NCBI GenBank assembly: GCA_965371515.1
Contig: CBDUYR010000001.1
Location: forward strand, 64,001 to 128,000
DNA length: 64,000 nucleotides
Direction: 5' to 3'
Source of the DNA: an uncultured bacterium
Lineage (GTDB): Bacteria; Krumholzibacteriota; Krumholzibacteriia; Krumholzibacteriales; Krumholzibacteriaceae
In this document: positions 39,955 through 48,882 of the stretch, piece by piece
Position numbering within the stretch: the first letter of the stretch is position 1
Layout: every line of letters begins with the position of its first letter
Notes under the pieces: generated by a model
The model's input: only the letters and a program-made list of their open reading frames with translations
Told to the model about the DNA's origin: nothing
Databases searched by the model: none
Made by a program: the position numbers and the translations under genes

Positions 39955-41226
39955 ATGAGCATGGCTCCTGGTGCAGAAAACAAAGTGAAGAAGAGACTGG
40001 TCTGGAAGGAAAACTTCCGGCAGGCCCTCGAGGTGATCCGTACGCACAGGATGCGGTCCTGGCTGCTTATAGTCGGAGTCGCGATCGGGGTAACGACCGT
40101 TCTCGCGATGGTCACAGTCATGTCCGGCCTCGGAAAGCGGATACAGTCCGATATCGTATCGGCCGACAGGCCCTATCTCTTTCTGTCAAGGTTCGATCCA
40201 ATGGGCGGCGGCAACGACAGGCGCGATCTGCTGAGGCGCAAGCAGCTCTCGATCAGGGACGCGAGATTTCTCGAGGATAACTGCGTGAGCTGCGATCGCG
40301 TAGACCTCAATATCGACCCGCAGGGATGGATGCATGTCCTGAGGTACGAAGGCGAACGGACCAACCTGATCCAGGTCATGGGGTCCACACACAACATGGT
40401 GAGCATGTACAGCATAGTGATCGAATACGGGCGGTTCTTCACCGAGTTCGAGACCGGCCGCAGCCGCCGTGTGATCGTGCTCGGTTACGGTCCGGCGCAC
40501 GATCTTTTCCCGAACCGCGATCCGATCGGCAAATGGATCAAGATAGGAACCCACCGGTACGAGGTCGTCGGCACCATGGCGACGAGAGATAATATCCTCG
40601 GAAGCATCAGCGACAATTACGCGGTCGTTCCCCTTACGACATATGAGAAGGATCTCGGATACCGCTTCGACGATTACCAGATCGGCGTCACGATAATGCC
40701 GGAGTACTCCATCGAAGAGGCTGTCGACGAGGTGCATGCCCTTATGCGGGCCTCGAGAAAACTCGGCCCCGGGGACGAAAACGATTTCTACATCACGACC
40801 TCCGAAGGGTTCAGGGAGATGCTTGGCAATATCATGAAATACATCGGCCTCGTGCTGGTCGTGATCTCCTCGATCGGGCTGATGGTAGGCGGGATCGGTG
40901 TTATGAACATCATGCTCATCTCTGTAACGGAGAGAACGCGCGAGGTAGGGATCAGGATGGCGCTCGGCGCGAGAAGGAACGACATCATGCAGCAGTTCCT
41001 CATCGAGGCCGCGACCCTGACGGGAGCGGGAGGGATGATCGGGATATTCCTCGGGCTTCTCGCTGCGAGAGGTGTGGCGGCGCTGATCAGGTTCCCCTAC
41101 TCGGTCCCGCTGATCTGGATAGTCATTGCGTTCGTTTTCTCCGCTTCGATCGGCCTCATCTTCGGCCTCTATCCGGCCAACAGGGCGGCGAGGATGGACC
41201 CGATCAAGGCCCTGCACTACGAATAA
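39955..41226 (+). CDS. MacB/FtsX-family ABC permease (second)
   Basis: VGGIGVMNIMLISVTERTREVGIRMALGA, YPANRAARMDPIKALHYE. Confidence 0.93.
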   Translation: MSMAPGAENKVKKRLVWKENFRQALEVIRTHRMRSWLLIVGVAIGVTTVLAMVTVMSGLGKRIQSDIVSADRPYLFLSRFDPMGGGNDRRDLLRRKQLSIRDARFLEDNCVSCDRVDLNIDPQGWMHVLRYEGERTNLIQVMGSTHNMVSMYSIVIEYGRFFTEFETGRSRRVIVLGYGPAHDLFPNRDPIGKWIKIGTHRYEVVGTMATRDNILGSISDNYAVVPLTTYEKDLGYRFDDYQIGVTIMPEYSIEEAVDEVHALMRASRKLGPGDENDFYITTSEGFREMLGNIMKYIGLVLVVISSIGLMVGGIGVMNIMLISVTERTREVGIRMALGARRNDIMQQFLIEAATLTGAGGMIGIFLGLLAARGVAALIRFPYSVPLIWIVIAFVFSASIGLIFGLYPANRAARMDPIKALHYE

Positions 41227-41239
41227 CCAGCCATAAAAC

Positions 41240-41269
41240 TTGCCCGTTCCGCCCCGTGATGGCTATACT
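41240..41269 (+). promoter_or_regulatory. Possible sigma70 promoter for the GWxTD2/peptide-ABC operon
   Basis: TTGCCC, 18 bp, TATACT; GGAGG RBS follows. Confidence 0.4.
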
Positions 41270-41289
41270 GTATCAGGCAGGAGGTATCG

Positions 41290-42621
41290 ATGCGAAGGGG
41301 ATCAGCAGCAATAACGTCGCTCCTTCTGGCCGCGACGGTCATATCGCTTGGGCCGCCGGCCGTGAGCGATGCCGTGGCGCAGGCGACGACCAGGTCGGTC
41401 AGAAGGCCTTTCGAGCTTTCCGCGGTGCAGAGCATCGATGCCGAGGGGAACGTCCTGCTCGTCGTAGGCACGGCGATTGATTACAGGCGCCTCGTTTTCT
41501 TCCGCCAGCCTTCAGGTTATGTCGCTGATTACAGAATATACATCGAGATACACGATGATGAGGGCAAAAGGGTCCGAGGCGAGGTCATCGAGAAGACGGT
41601 GACCGTTCTGGACTACAAGATAACCCGCAGCGCCGGCATGCTCTCCGAAGTAACGAAGAAGATCCCCCTGGACTCGGGGGAATACGACCTGAGGGTGATC
41701 ATCGAGGTGGAAAAGACCTCGCTGAAGTACGAGCGCCACACCGAGGTCAGGATGTACGGCAGGGAGCACGGGCTCTTCGAGATGTCCGATCCGGTCTTTT
41801 CCATTCCCAGCGATCCCGGAATGGGTCGTAAACCTCCCCTTGGGGAGCTGTTTTTCTCCGTCTGCTCGAACGAGATCCCCGATGGCTTCAGGTCGCTGGC
41901 CGGCGAGGTCTTCATCGGTTTCGAGGGATGGATCCGGATGAGCTGGACCGTTCTCTCCCCCATGGAATACAGGACGGGCAGGGGGATGGAAGTGACAGTC
42001 AGGGTGCGGGATTCCAGGAAGCACATCAAGGTATATACGAGACAGATCTTCGATGTGGACGGAGAGGGCCGGGGCATGTTCTGCACAGAGATGAACGTCG
42101 ATGACCTGCCCCTCGGTTTTTACGAGATCACCGCGGCCGTTTCAATACCCAACTCGACGAAGAAGGTCGTCAGGACCGGCAACTTCACCATGCTGCTCGG
42201 GAGGGCGATGTTCGACGAGTATTTCGAGGATACGCTCGAGATGCTCGGCTACATGGTCGAAGACGACAATATTGAGCAGCTCCGCGACGCCTCTCCCGAA
42301 GAGCGGATAGACGAGTGGAACAGGTACTGGAAATCGAAGGATCCGACAAGGACGACCGATCTCAACGAAGCGCTGAGCGATTTTCTGCGCCGGGTGAGAT
42401 TCACTCTGGAGACCTTCGGCTCGCATGGCCCGGGTTGGAAGACCGACTTGGGAAGGATCTATATCAGACACGGTCCACCCGACAAAATGGTCGACCGCGA
42501 CGGAAGGACTCTCGGCAGCAAGCTGAAGATATGGTATTACTATTCCAAGGGGATCGCCTTCATATTCGAGGATTCGATAGGATCGGGGCTATTCATGCTT
42601 ATCGATACGAGGAGTATCTGA
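41290..42621 (+). CDS. GWxTD domain-containing protein (canonical motif)
   Basis: Signal peptide; YWKSKDPTRTTDLNE...RRV...GWKTDLGRIYIRHGPPD...IWYY...FIFED. Confidence 0.9.
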   Translation: MRRGSAAITSLLLAATVISLGPPAVSDAVAQATTRSVRRPFELSAVQSIDAEGNVLLVVGTAIDYRRLVFFRQPSGYVADYRIYIEIHDDEGKRVRGEVIEKTVTVLDYKITRSAGMLSEVTKKIPLDSGEYDLRVIIEVEKTSLKYERHTEVRMYGREHGLFEMSDPVFSIPSDPGMGRKPPLGELFFSVCSNEIPDGFRSLAGEVFIGFEGWIRMSWTVLSPMEYRTGRGMEVTVRVRDSRKHIKVYTRQIFDVDGEGRGMFCTEMNVDDLPLGFYEITAAVSIPNSTKKVVRTGNFTMLLGRAMFDEYFEDTLEMLGYMVEDDNIEQLRDASPEERIDEWNRYWKSKDPTRTTDLNEALSDFLRRVRFTLETFGSHGPGWKTDLGRIYIRHGPPDKMVDRDGRTLGSKLKIWYYYSKGIAFIFEDSIGSGLFMLIDTRSI

Positions 42622-42628
42622 CCGGCTG

Positions 42629-44179
42629 ATGATCAGACGCTTTCTGTCTATCACCGTTTCTCTCATATCCGCCCTGCTGATTGTTTCATGCGGTGGTGGG
42701 GAAGGGCCTCCCGCCCTCAGGCTCGCACTGCAGACCGAACCGACCAATCTCGATCCAGCTTTCGCCGTAGACTATTCCTCCGGCTGGGTCAGCTCCCTGA
42801 TACATTCGAACATTGTCAGGTTCGAACCGGACGGATCGATTTCACCCGATCTGGCCCGCAGCTGGACCGTCTCCGGGGACGGGCTCGAGTATGTCTTCCA
42901 TATTTACGGCGGCAGGTTCAGCGACGGCGGCCCCGTAACGGCGTTCGACGTGGAGCGGTCTCTGACGAGGCTCGTCGCGCCCTCGACGGCATCTCCGAGA
43001 TGGTGGGTCCTCGAGCCGGTTGCGGGGGTGCCCGACTTTCACGCCGGCCGCGCCGACCGGTGCTCGATCGAGGCAACGGACGATTCCACGCTCGTCATAA
43101 GGCTCGAAAATCCCGCGGCCCACTTCCTCAACCTGCTCGCCATGCCCGCCGCCGGGATCGTCGCCTCCGCGGCTGCCGATTCACTCGGCAGGGATTACGG
43201 GAGGAGCCCGACGGGGAGTGGTCCGTGGAGGCTCGAGTCGTGGACGTCCGGCGACGAGATCGTCCTCGAGAGGAATCTGTTCAGCCCCGAAGCAGGTTCC
43301 GGGGTGGCGAGGATAAGTATACGGCTGATTCCCGAGACGATGACGAGGGTCGCCGAATTCGAGGTGGGAAACCTCGATGTCCTCGAGATCCCCCCGGCGG
43401 AGCTGGAGCTCTGGCGCTCGGCGGGCGTGAGACTGCTGAGAAGGTCTGAGATGAGGATCGTGTATATCGGTCTGAACAACGAAAAACCGCCTTTCGACGA
43501 TCCCCGTGTCCGGAGGGCCCTAAACATGGCGATCGACGTCGAGCCGGTGATCGGGCACCTTCTCTTCGGCGCGGCGGAGAGGGCGACAGGAGTCGTTCCT
43601 GCGGGGCTCAGGGGATCTCCCCTTCCCGGGCCACTCTACTCGTACGATCCGGAAGGGGCGGTACACCTTCTCGAGGAGGCAGGCTACCCGGAGGGGTTCT
43701 CCATGGAGATATGGCAGCGGGAGAATCCCGAGTCAGGCCGGATCCTCGAGAGCGTGCAGGGATTCCTCGCCCGGGCGGGCATAGAGGTGAAGATAGTCAC
43801 CCGTGAGTGGAGTGCCTTCAAGCAGGCGGTCGACAGGGGGACGCCCGACGCGTTCTATCTCGACTGGTTCGCCGACTATCCCGACGCGGGCAATTTCCTC
43901 GTGCCACTCTTCCACTCGCAAAACAGGGGCGGAGGAGGGAACAGGGCCGGATTTGCCGATGCGGCTGTCGATTCGATCCTCGACATCGCCTCAGGCGTGA
44001 GCGATCCGGCTGCAAGGTGGGAGCTGTACGCGGAAGCTGAGCAAATGGTGATGGAGGCTGCTCCCTGGATATTTCTGTGGTTTCCCGTCAGGTACGAAGT
44101 GGTATCGCACCGGCTCGAGGGGTATGAGATACCTGTGATATTCAACGGTCAGAGGTTTACAGGGGTGTCGCTGAAATAG
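42629..44179 (+). CDS. Peptide ABC transporter substrate-binding lipoprotein (family 5)
   Basis: Lipobox LIVS-C; NLDPA, PDLARSW, GSGPW, PFDDPRVRRALNMAID, WFADYPD. Confidence 0.92.
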   Translation: MIRRFLSITVSLISALLIVSCGGGEGPPALRLALQTEPTNLDPAFAVDYSSGWVSSLIHSNIVRFEPDGSISPDLARSWTVSGDGLEYVFHIYGGRFSDGGPVTAFDVERSLTRLVAPSTASPRWWVLEPVAGVPDFHAGRADRCSIEATDDSTLVIRLENPAAHFLNLLAMPAAGIVASAAADSLGRDYGRSPTGSGPWRLESWTSGDEIVLERNLFSPEAGSGVARISIRLIPETMTRVAEFEVGNLDVLEIPPAELELWRSAGVRLLRRSEMRIVYIGLNNEKPPFDDPRVRRALNMAIDVEPVIGHLLFGAAERATGVVPAGLRGSPLPGPLYSYDPEGAVHLLEEAGYPEGFSMEIWQRENPESGRILESVQGFLARAGIEVKIVTREWSAFKQAVDRGTPDAFYLDWFADYPDAGNFLVPLFHSQNRGGGGNRAGFADAAVDSILDIASGVSDPAARWELYAEAEQMVMEAAPWIFLWFPVRYEVVSHRLEGYEIPVIFNGQRFTGVSLK

Positions 44180-44195
44180 GCGGTGCCGGAGTATT

Positions 44196-45134
44196 ATGGG
44201 AAGATTCATCGCCAGAAGGCTCCTTCTGCTCATCCCGATTCTCTTCGGAGTCGTAACTGTAACGTTTATAATAATGTACGTCATACCTGGCGATCCGGTG
44301 CTCTCCCTTGTCGGCGAGAGGTACGACGAGGAGACTCTCGAGCGCCTCCGCGGTGAGCTGGGGCTGGACCGCCCCCTCGCGCTTCGCTATATCGACTACC
44401 TGGGCCGGGTCGCGAGGTTCGACCTCGGCCGGTCGTTCGTCACGGGAAGGCCCGTGATGGAAACGATAACAGAGAGGTTTCCCCGCACCCTCACTCTCGC
44501 GGGGGCGGCGATGCTCATAGCCGTGGCCGGGGGTATAGCGGCAGGGGCCGTCGCCGGTTCGGGACGCATACCCTGGGCGGGAAAGGGATTGATGGCCCTG
44601 ACCCTTGTCGGAGTGTCGATCCCCGTATTCTGGCTGGGGCTGCTGTTGATCCACCTCTTTGCCATCAGGCTCAATATCCTTCCTCCGTCGGGGTACGGCG
44701 GGGGCTCGATCAGGTATCTCGTCCTGCCGGCCCTGACGCTTTCCTTCGCCTCGATGGCGACCGTGGCGCGGGTGACGCGGGCGGGATTTCTCGAGGCGGG
44801 ATCGGAGGATTTCGTCAGGACCGCCCGGGCCAAGGGACTCGGCGAAGGAACCGTCATGGGAAAGCACGTCTTCAGGAATGCTCTCATCCCTGTAGTGACG
44901 ATCGTCGGCACCGACTTCGGGAGCTATCTCGGCGGCTCGGTCCTGACCGAGTCGATATTCGGATGGCCGGGTCTCGGGAGGCTGATCGTCCAGTCGATAC
45001 TGAGGAGGGATTTCCCCGTCATCCAGGGCGCCGTGCTCTTCATGGCAATCCTATTTGTTCTCGTAAACCTCGTCGTAGATATAAGTTACGGATTTATAGA
45101 TCCCCGGATACGCGGAGAGGAGGTCGATGAGTGA
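44196..45134 (+). CDS. Peptide ABC transporter permease (DppB family)
   Basis: IPGDP, LGLDRP, SIPVFWLG, DFVRTARAKGL, ESIFGWPGLG, RDFPVIQG. Confidence 0.93.
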   Translation: MGRFIARRLLLLIPILFGVVTVTFIIMYVIPGDPVLSLVGERYDEETLERLRGELGLDRPLALRYIDYLGRVARFDLGRSFVTGRPVMETITERFPRTLTLAGAAMLIAVAGGIAAGAVAGSGRIPWAGKGLMALTLVGVSIPVFWLGLLLIHLFAIRLNILPPSGYGGGSIRYLVLPALTLSFASMATVARVTRAGFLEAGSEDFVRTARAKGLGEGTVMGKHVFRNALIPVVTIVGTDFGSYLGGSVLTESIFGWPGLGRLIVQSILRRDFPVIQGAVLFMAILFVLVNLVVDISYGFIDPRIRGEEVDE

Positions 45135-46042
45135 TGGGGGCCGCGTCGGAGATGAAAGAAGCTTCTATTAAGCGGGGACGGAGGAGAGAATCGGAGAGGG
45201 CGGCAGCGAGGTTCGTCTCCAATCGTGCGGCCGTCGCGGGGCTGGTCGTCCTCGTCGCGATCGTGACCGCAACTCTCGTACCCGGGCTGCTTACCCGATT
45301 CGATCCGATAGAGATGGACCTTTCCGTGTCTCTGCAGCCCCCTTCGGCGGAGCATCTGTTCGGCACCGACGCATTCGGGCGGGACGTCCTCTCGAGAGTC
45401 CTTTACGGGGGAAGGGTGTCGCTCGGCGTTGGACTGGCGGCTCGGACGATTGCCCTGATCCTCGGCCTGCTTGCCGGCACGGTCGCCGGATATTTCGGCG
45501 GCAGGCCCGACGGGTTCATCATGAGGCTGGCCGACATCACGCTCGCCTTCCCGACTCTCCTGCTCCTGATCGCGATCATGGCTGTCGTCACTCCCGGAGT
45601 CTGGGCCCTCAGTATCGCCCTCGGCGTGGTCGGGTGGGCCGCAATGGCGAGACTCGTGCGCGCCCAGGTCCTCTCGGTCAGGGGCCGCGATTATGTCCAG
45701 GCGGCGAGGGCCGCTGGTGCTAGCCATCTGAAACTGATTGTAAAATATATACTTCCGCAATGTTTATCGCCGCTGATAGTGGTATTCACGCTCGGTCTGG
45801 GGATGACGATCATGGCCGAGTCGAGCCTCAGCTTCCTCGGCCTTGGCATCCAGCCTCCCGACCCGAGCTGGGGAGGGATGATCGCGCGTGGGATAGCGTT
45901 CATGCGTACGGCGCCATGGCTTACGGTACTCCCGGGACTCGTCCTGACACTCGTGATATGCTCGATAAATCTCGTTGGGGACGGCTTGAGGGATGCCATG
46001 GACCCGAGGAGGATCGCTTCATGGAAGGGAGGGAAAGGGTGA
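45131..46042 (+). CDS. Peptide ABC transporter permease (DppC family)
   Basis: HLFGTDAFGRDVLSRVLYGGRVSL, DYVQAARAAGA, ESSLSFLGLG, NLVGDGLRDAMDP. Confidence 0.93.
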   Translation: MMGAASEMKEASIKRGRRRESERAAARFVSNRAAVAGLVVLVAIVTATLVPGLLTRFDPIEMDLSVSLQPPSAEHLFGTDAFGRDVLSRVLYGGRVSLGVGLAARTIALILGLLAGTVAGYFGGRPDGFIMRLADITLAFPTLLLLIAIMAVVTPGVWALSIALGVVGWAAMARLVRAQVLSVRGRDYVQAARAAGASHLKLIVKYILPQCLSPLIVVFTLGLGMTIMAESSLSFLGLGIQPPDPSWGGMIARGIAFMRTAPWLTVLPGLVLTLVICSINLVGDGLRDAMDPRRIASWKGGKG

Positions 46043-46043
46043 T

Positions 46044-47060
46044 ATGAAAGATTCGGTGGCCAGGATCAGCGAAGAGATCGCCGGAGCGGCGATGAGGCTG
46101 GAGCTTGACTGGAGGACCTCGTGGTCTAAGGTCGTCACGGATACCGGCGGAAGGCTCCACGTGACCTTGAGCCGGCCCGAGGTATTCGATGAACTCTCCC
46201 CGTCGGCAGACGCCGAGATCGAGCTCGCCGGTTCCTCGTCGGGCAGTGTGCTCTGGGCCCTGTCGAGTGTCGTCGACGTCCGGCGCGAACCGGAGCATTC
46301 CTCCGAGCTGCTGACCCAGGCGATCATGGGCGAGACGATGACACGCCTCGACGCGAGGGGAGACTGGTATCTTGTCATGCTCGACGACGGGTATCATGGC
46401 TGGGTCCGGTCGTGGAACGTCGGTGAGTTCCCGAAGGAAACGGCTGTCTCGTACGGGGAGCGGGCCGGGGCCATGGTGGCGGCCAGCGTTGCCTACGTGC
46501 TGGCCGAACCGAAAGCGGGGAGCATCCCCGTATCCGATATAACGGCTGGATCGAGAATCGTGACCGGTGAAGTGGCAGATGGTTATACGAGAGTCGAACT
46601 TCCCGGGGGGAGGTCCGGTTACCTCGAGACCGGATCGCTTGAGGATCTTCCTGCCGGCCAGCCGGCCAGGGAGATGGTGCTGGACAGGGCGAGGCGTTTT
46701 CTCGGAATACCCTACATATGGGGCGGGACGTCGGCAAAGGGATTCGACTGCAGCGGCCTGGTCAAGCGGGTCTTCAGGATGGAAGGGATAGAGACGCAGA
46801 GGGACGCCGATCAGCAGTCGGCCACGGGCAGTCCGGTAGAGGAGGCCGGCCTCCTGGAGATACCCGAGGCTGCCCTTCTCTTCTTCGGCGAAGGGGGCCG
46901 TGTCACCCATGTCACCGTCTCCCTCGGGGGGGGCAGGTTCATCCATTCGTACGGCGATGTACGTATCAACAGCCTGCTCGAGAACGATCCGGTGTACGAG
47001 GAAAAGCTTGCCCGGATCTACCTCTTCTCCCGCGATCTCCTTGCCGATCCCTCCGTTTGA
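46044..47060 (+). CDS. SH3 + NlpC/P60 peptidase, YkfC (dipeptidyl-peptidase VI)-like
   Basis: SELLTQAIMGE...DGYHGWV SH3 domains; PYIWGGTSAKGFDCSG (Cys), RDADQQ, VTHV and FIHS (His). No signal peptide. Confidence 0.88.
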   Translation: MKDSVARISEEIAGAAMRLELDWRTSWSKVVTDTGGRLHVTLSRPEVFDELSPSADAEIELAGSSSGSVLWALSSVVDVRREPEHSSELLTQAIMGETMTRLDARGDWYLVMLDDGYHGWVRSWNVGEFPKETAVSYGERAGAMVAASVAYVLAEPKAGSIPVSDITAGSRIVTGEVADGYTRVELPGGRSGYLETGSLEDLPAGQPAREMVLDRARRFLGIPYIWGGTSAKGFDCSGLVKRVFRMEGIETQRDADQQSATGSPVEEAGLLEIPEAALLFFGEGGRVTHVTVSLGGGRFIHSYGDVRINSLLENDPVYEEKLARIYLFSRDLLADPSV

Positions 47061-47117
47061 ACACGGTTGTCGACGCCGAATATCGGGTTATCCCCGTCAC
47101 TTGTCTTCTGGGAAAAC

Positions 47118-47167
47118 AATTTTTTAAAAAAAACCTGTTGACAAGATTTTTATCATTGGTTTACTTT
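47118..47167 (+). promoter_or_regulatory. Strong sigma70-like promoter with A/T-rich UP element
   Basis: A/T tract (aattttttaaaaaaaa), TTGACA (47138-43), 18 bp, TACTTT (47162-67). Confidence 0.6.
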
Positions 47168-47464
47168 TCGTCCAAATATACGGCAAGGTGTGTTCGGGGG
47201 TTCTGGAAGGGGGTAATCTCGGACGGCTCGAGCATTTATAAAACGCCTGGATCCTAGTATTCAAGCTGGCCTGCGGGCATGGCCGCAGGCTGCGAGAGTT
47301 TGAACGCAGGGAGGAGAGGAGGTCCTGGTATCAGCAACTGCAAATCGTCTATGAGGCGATAGGTCGGAATCACCAGTGAACATATCCGCGCAAAGAGCGC
47401 GGTGAGATAAAACCACAGATTCCTGAAGATCTCCCCGAGAGGGAGGATTCTGCAGGAGGTAGAA

Positions 47465-48724
47465 ATGAAGAAGTTAATACTTGCTATTCTGGTGATCGCG
47501 GTCGCTATGCCCGCGTTCGCTTCGGAGACCCGCGTCAGGGCGCTCGGCCCGATGACGGCTCCCTTCATCGAGGATAACTCGAACGTATTCATGTGGCCCG
47601 CCACTCTGGTCAATTACGCCAACCAGGTGACGGTCACCGCCGGCTACTACGAAGTGATCAAGTGGGGCGACGACAGGGGCTACTACGATGACAGTATGAC
47701 GGCCAAGTTCGGCCTTACCTACGGCCTCGGCGAGGACAACAGGTTCGGCGTCTTCGGCATCTGGTGGCAGGAAGATACATGGGGCCCGAACTACATGGGC
47801 GACTGGTTTGGTCCTGGGGGCGTCGGAACCACTGCGTTCATGGAGAATGCTTTCAATAAGTGGAACGTCATGTGGGCCCTGGCCTTCGAGACGATCGACA
47901 TCGGTATCCACATAGAGCGTGCCGATCAGGGCGACTATGCCGACCTGGACGGCGAAAAGGACGAGGACTACATCAGCTACCAGACCCTCGGCCTCGGACT
48001 TCGCTGGAACATGAGCGACGCTACCTACCTGGACGTTGCCTTCGACTACACCTCGGTAGGCTATAGCTACAAGGAGATGGGCGTCGACGCGACAATAGAG
48101 GCCGACAAGAACAGCATCATGGCCTTCAGAGCGCGCATGTTCTACGAGTGGACCGACGTCATCACCTGGGTGCCCTACTTCAACTACAAGTTCGGCGACC
48201 TCAGCATCAAGTCGAGCGAGTCGGGCTACTATGACGACGACGACTGCTGGGGAATCAAGGGCTACCAGTTCGACCTCGGCCTTGCGGCCAACATCAATGT
48301 CAACGATGACAACCTGATCATCGTCGGCATAGAGCCTTACGGAGCCTACAAGGGCGAGCCTTCCGAGTGCGGCAGCGCCGCCGGCAGCGAGGAAGAGAAG
48401 ATGACGATCCTCCCCGGATTCGTTTTCGGCCTCGAGAGCGACGTCAAGGACTGGCTGACATTCCGCATAGGCTGCAGAAAGGCCCTGGTGAAGACCGAGT
48501 ACAAGTACACGGCCGAAGGCACGAACTACGAGCAGAGCGAGACCGAGGCTCCGTTCGACTGGCAGCTCGGTCTGGGATTCCATGTGAGCGATTTCGACAT
48601 CGATCTTCTCGTCAACAGGGAAGTCCCCTTCTCGATGGGCTACTGGATGACCGGTTTCTCACCTGAAGGAGGCAGCGACTCCGGTACCCCGGTCGGTATG
48701 ATCTCCATGACCTACTCCTTCTAG
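47465..48724 (+). CDS. Probable abundant outer-membrane beta-barrel (FadL/PorV-like N-terminus)
   Basis: Signal peptide MKKLILAILVIAVAMPAFA; RVRALG...DNSNVFMWPATL hatch-like motif; aromatic-rich amphipathic strands; C-terminal ISMTYSF. Codons appear strongly C-ending. Confidence 0.78.
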   Translation: MKKLILAILVIAVAMPAFASETRVRALGPMTAPFIEDNSNVFMWPATLVNYANQVTVTAGYYEVIKWGDDRGYYDDSMTAKFGLTYGLGEDNRFGVFGIWWQEDTWGPNYMGDWFGPGGVGTTAFMENAFNKWNVMWALAFETIDIGIHIERADQGDYADLDGEKDEDYISYQTLGLGLRWNMSDATYLDVAFDYTSVGYSYKEMGVDATIEADKNSIMAFRARMFYEWTDVITWVPYFNYKFGDLSIKSSESGYYDDDDCWGIKGYQFDLGLAANINVNDDNLIIVGIEPYGAYKGEPSECGSAAGSEEEKMTILPGFVFGLESDVKDWLTFRIGCRKALVKTEYKYTAEGTNYEQSETEAPFDWQLGLGFHVSDFDIDLLVNREVPFSMGYWMTGFSPEGGSDSGTPVGMISMTYSF

Positions 48725-48747
48725 GTCCGGGTATCTGTTGAAACGAC

Positions 48748-48781
48748 AGGCGGGAGACTTTCAGGCCTCCCGCCTTTTTTT
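48748..48781 (+). terminator. Rho-independent terminator
   Basis: AGGCGGGAG-actttcaggc-CTCCCGCCT followed by a T run. Confidence 0.88.
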
Positions 48782-48882
48782 ATTCCCCCTTTTTCCATGA
48801 ATATCCCTTCAATGTCCTTCCGGTGCCTGCGATGGTCTGTTAATTGCATTCAAACGGGCCGTACAGCAGAAAGGCGCCGAAT

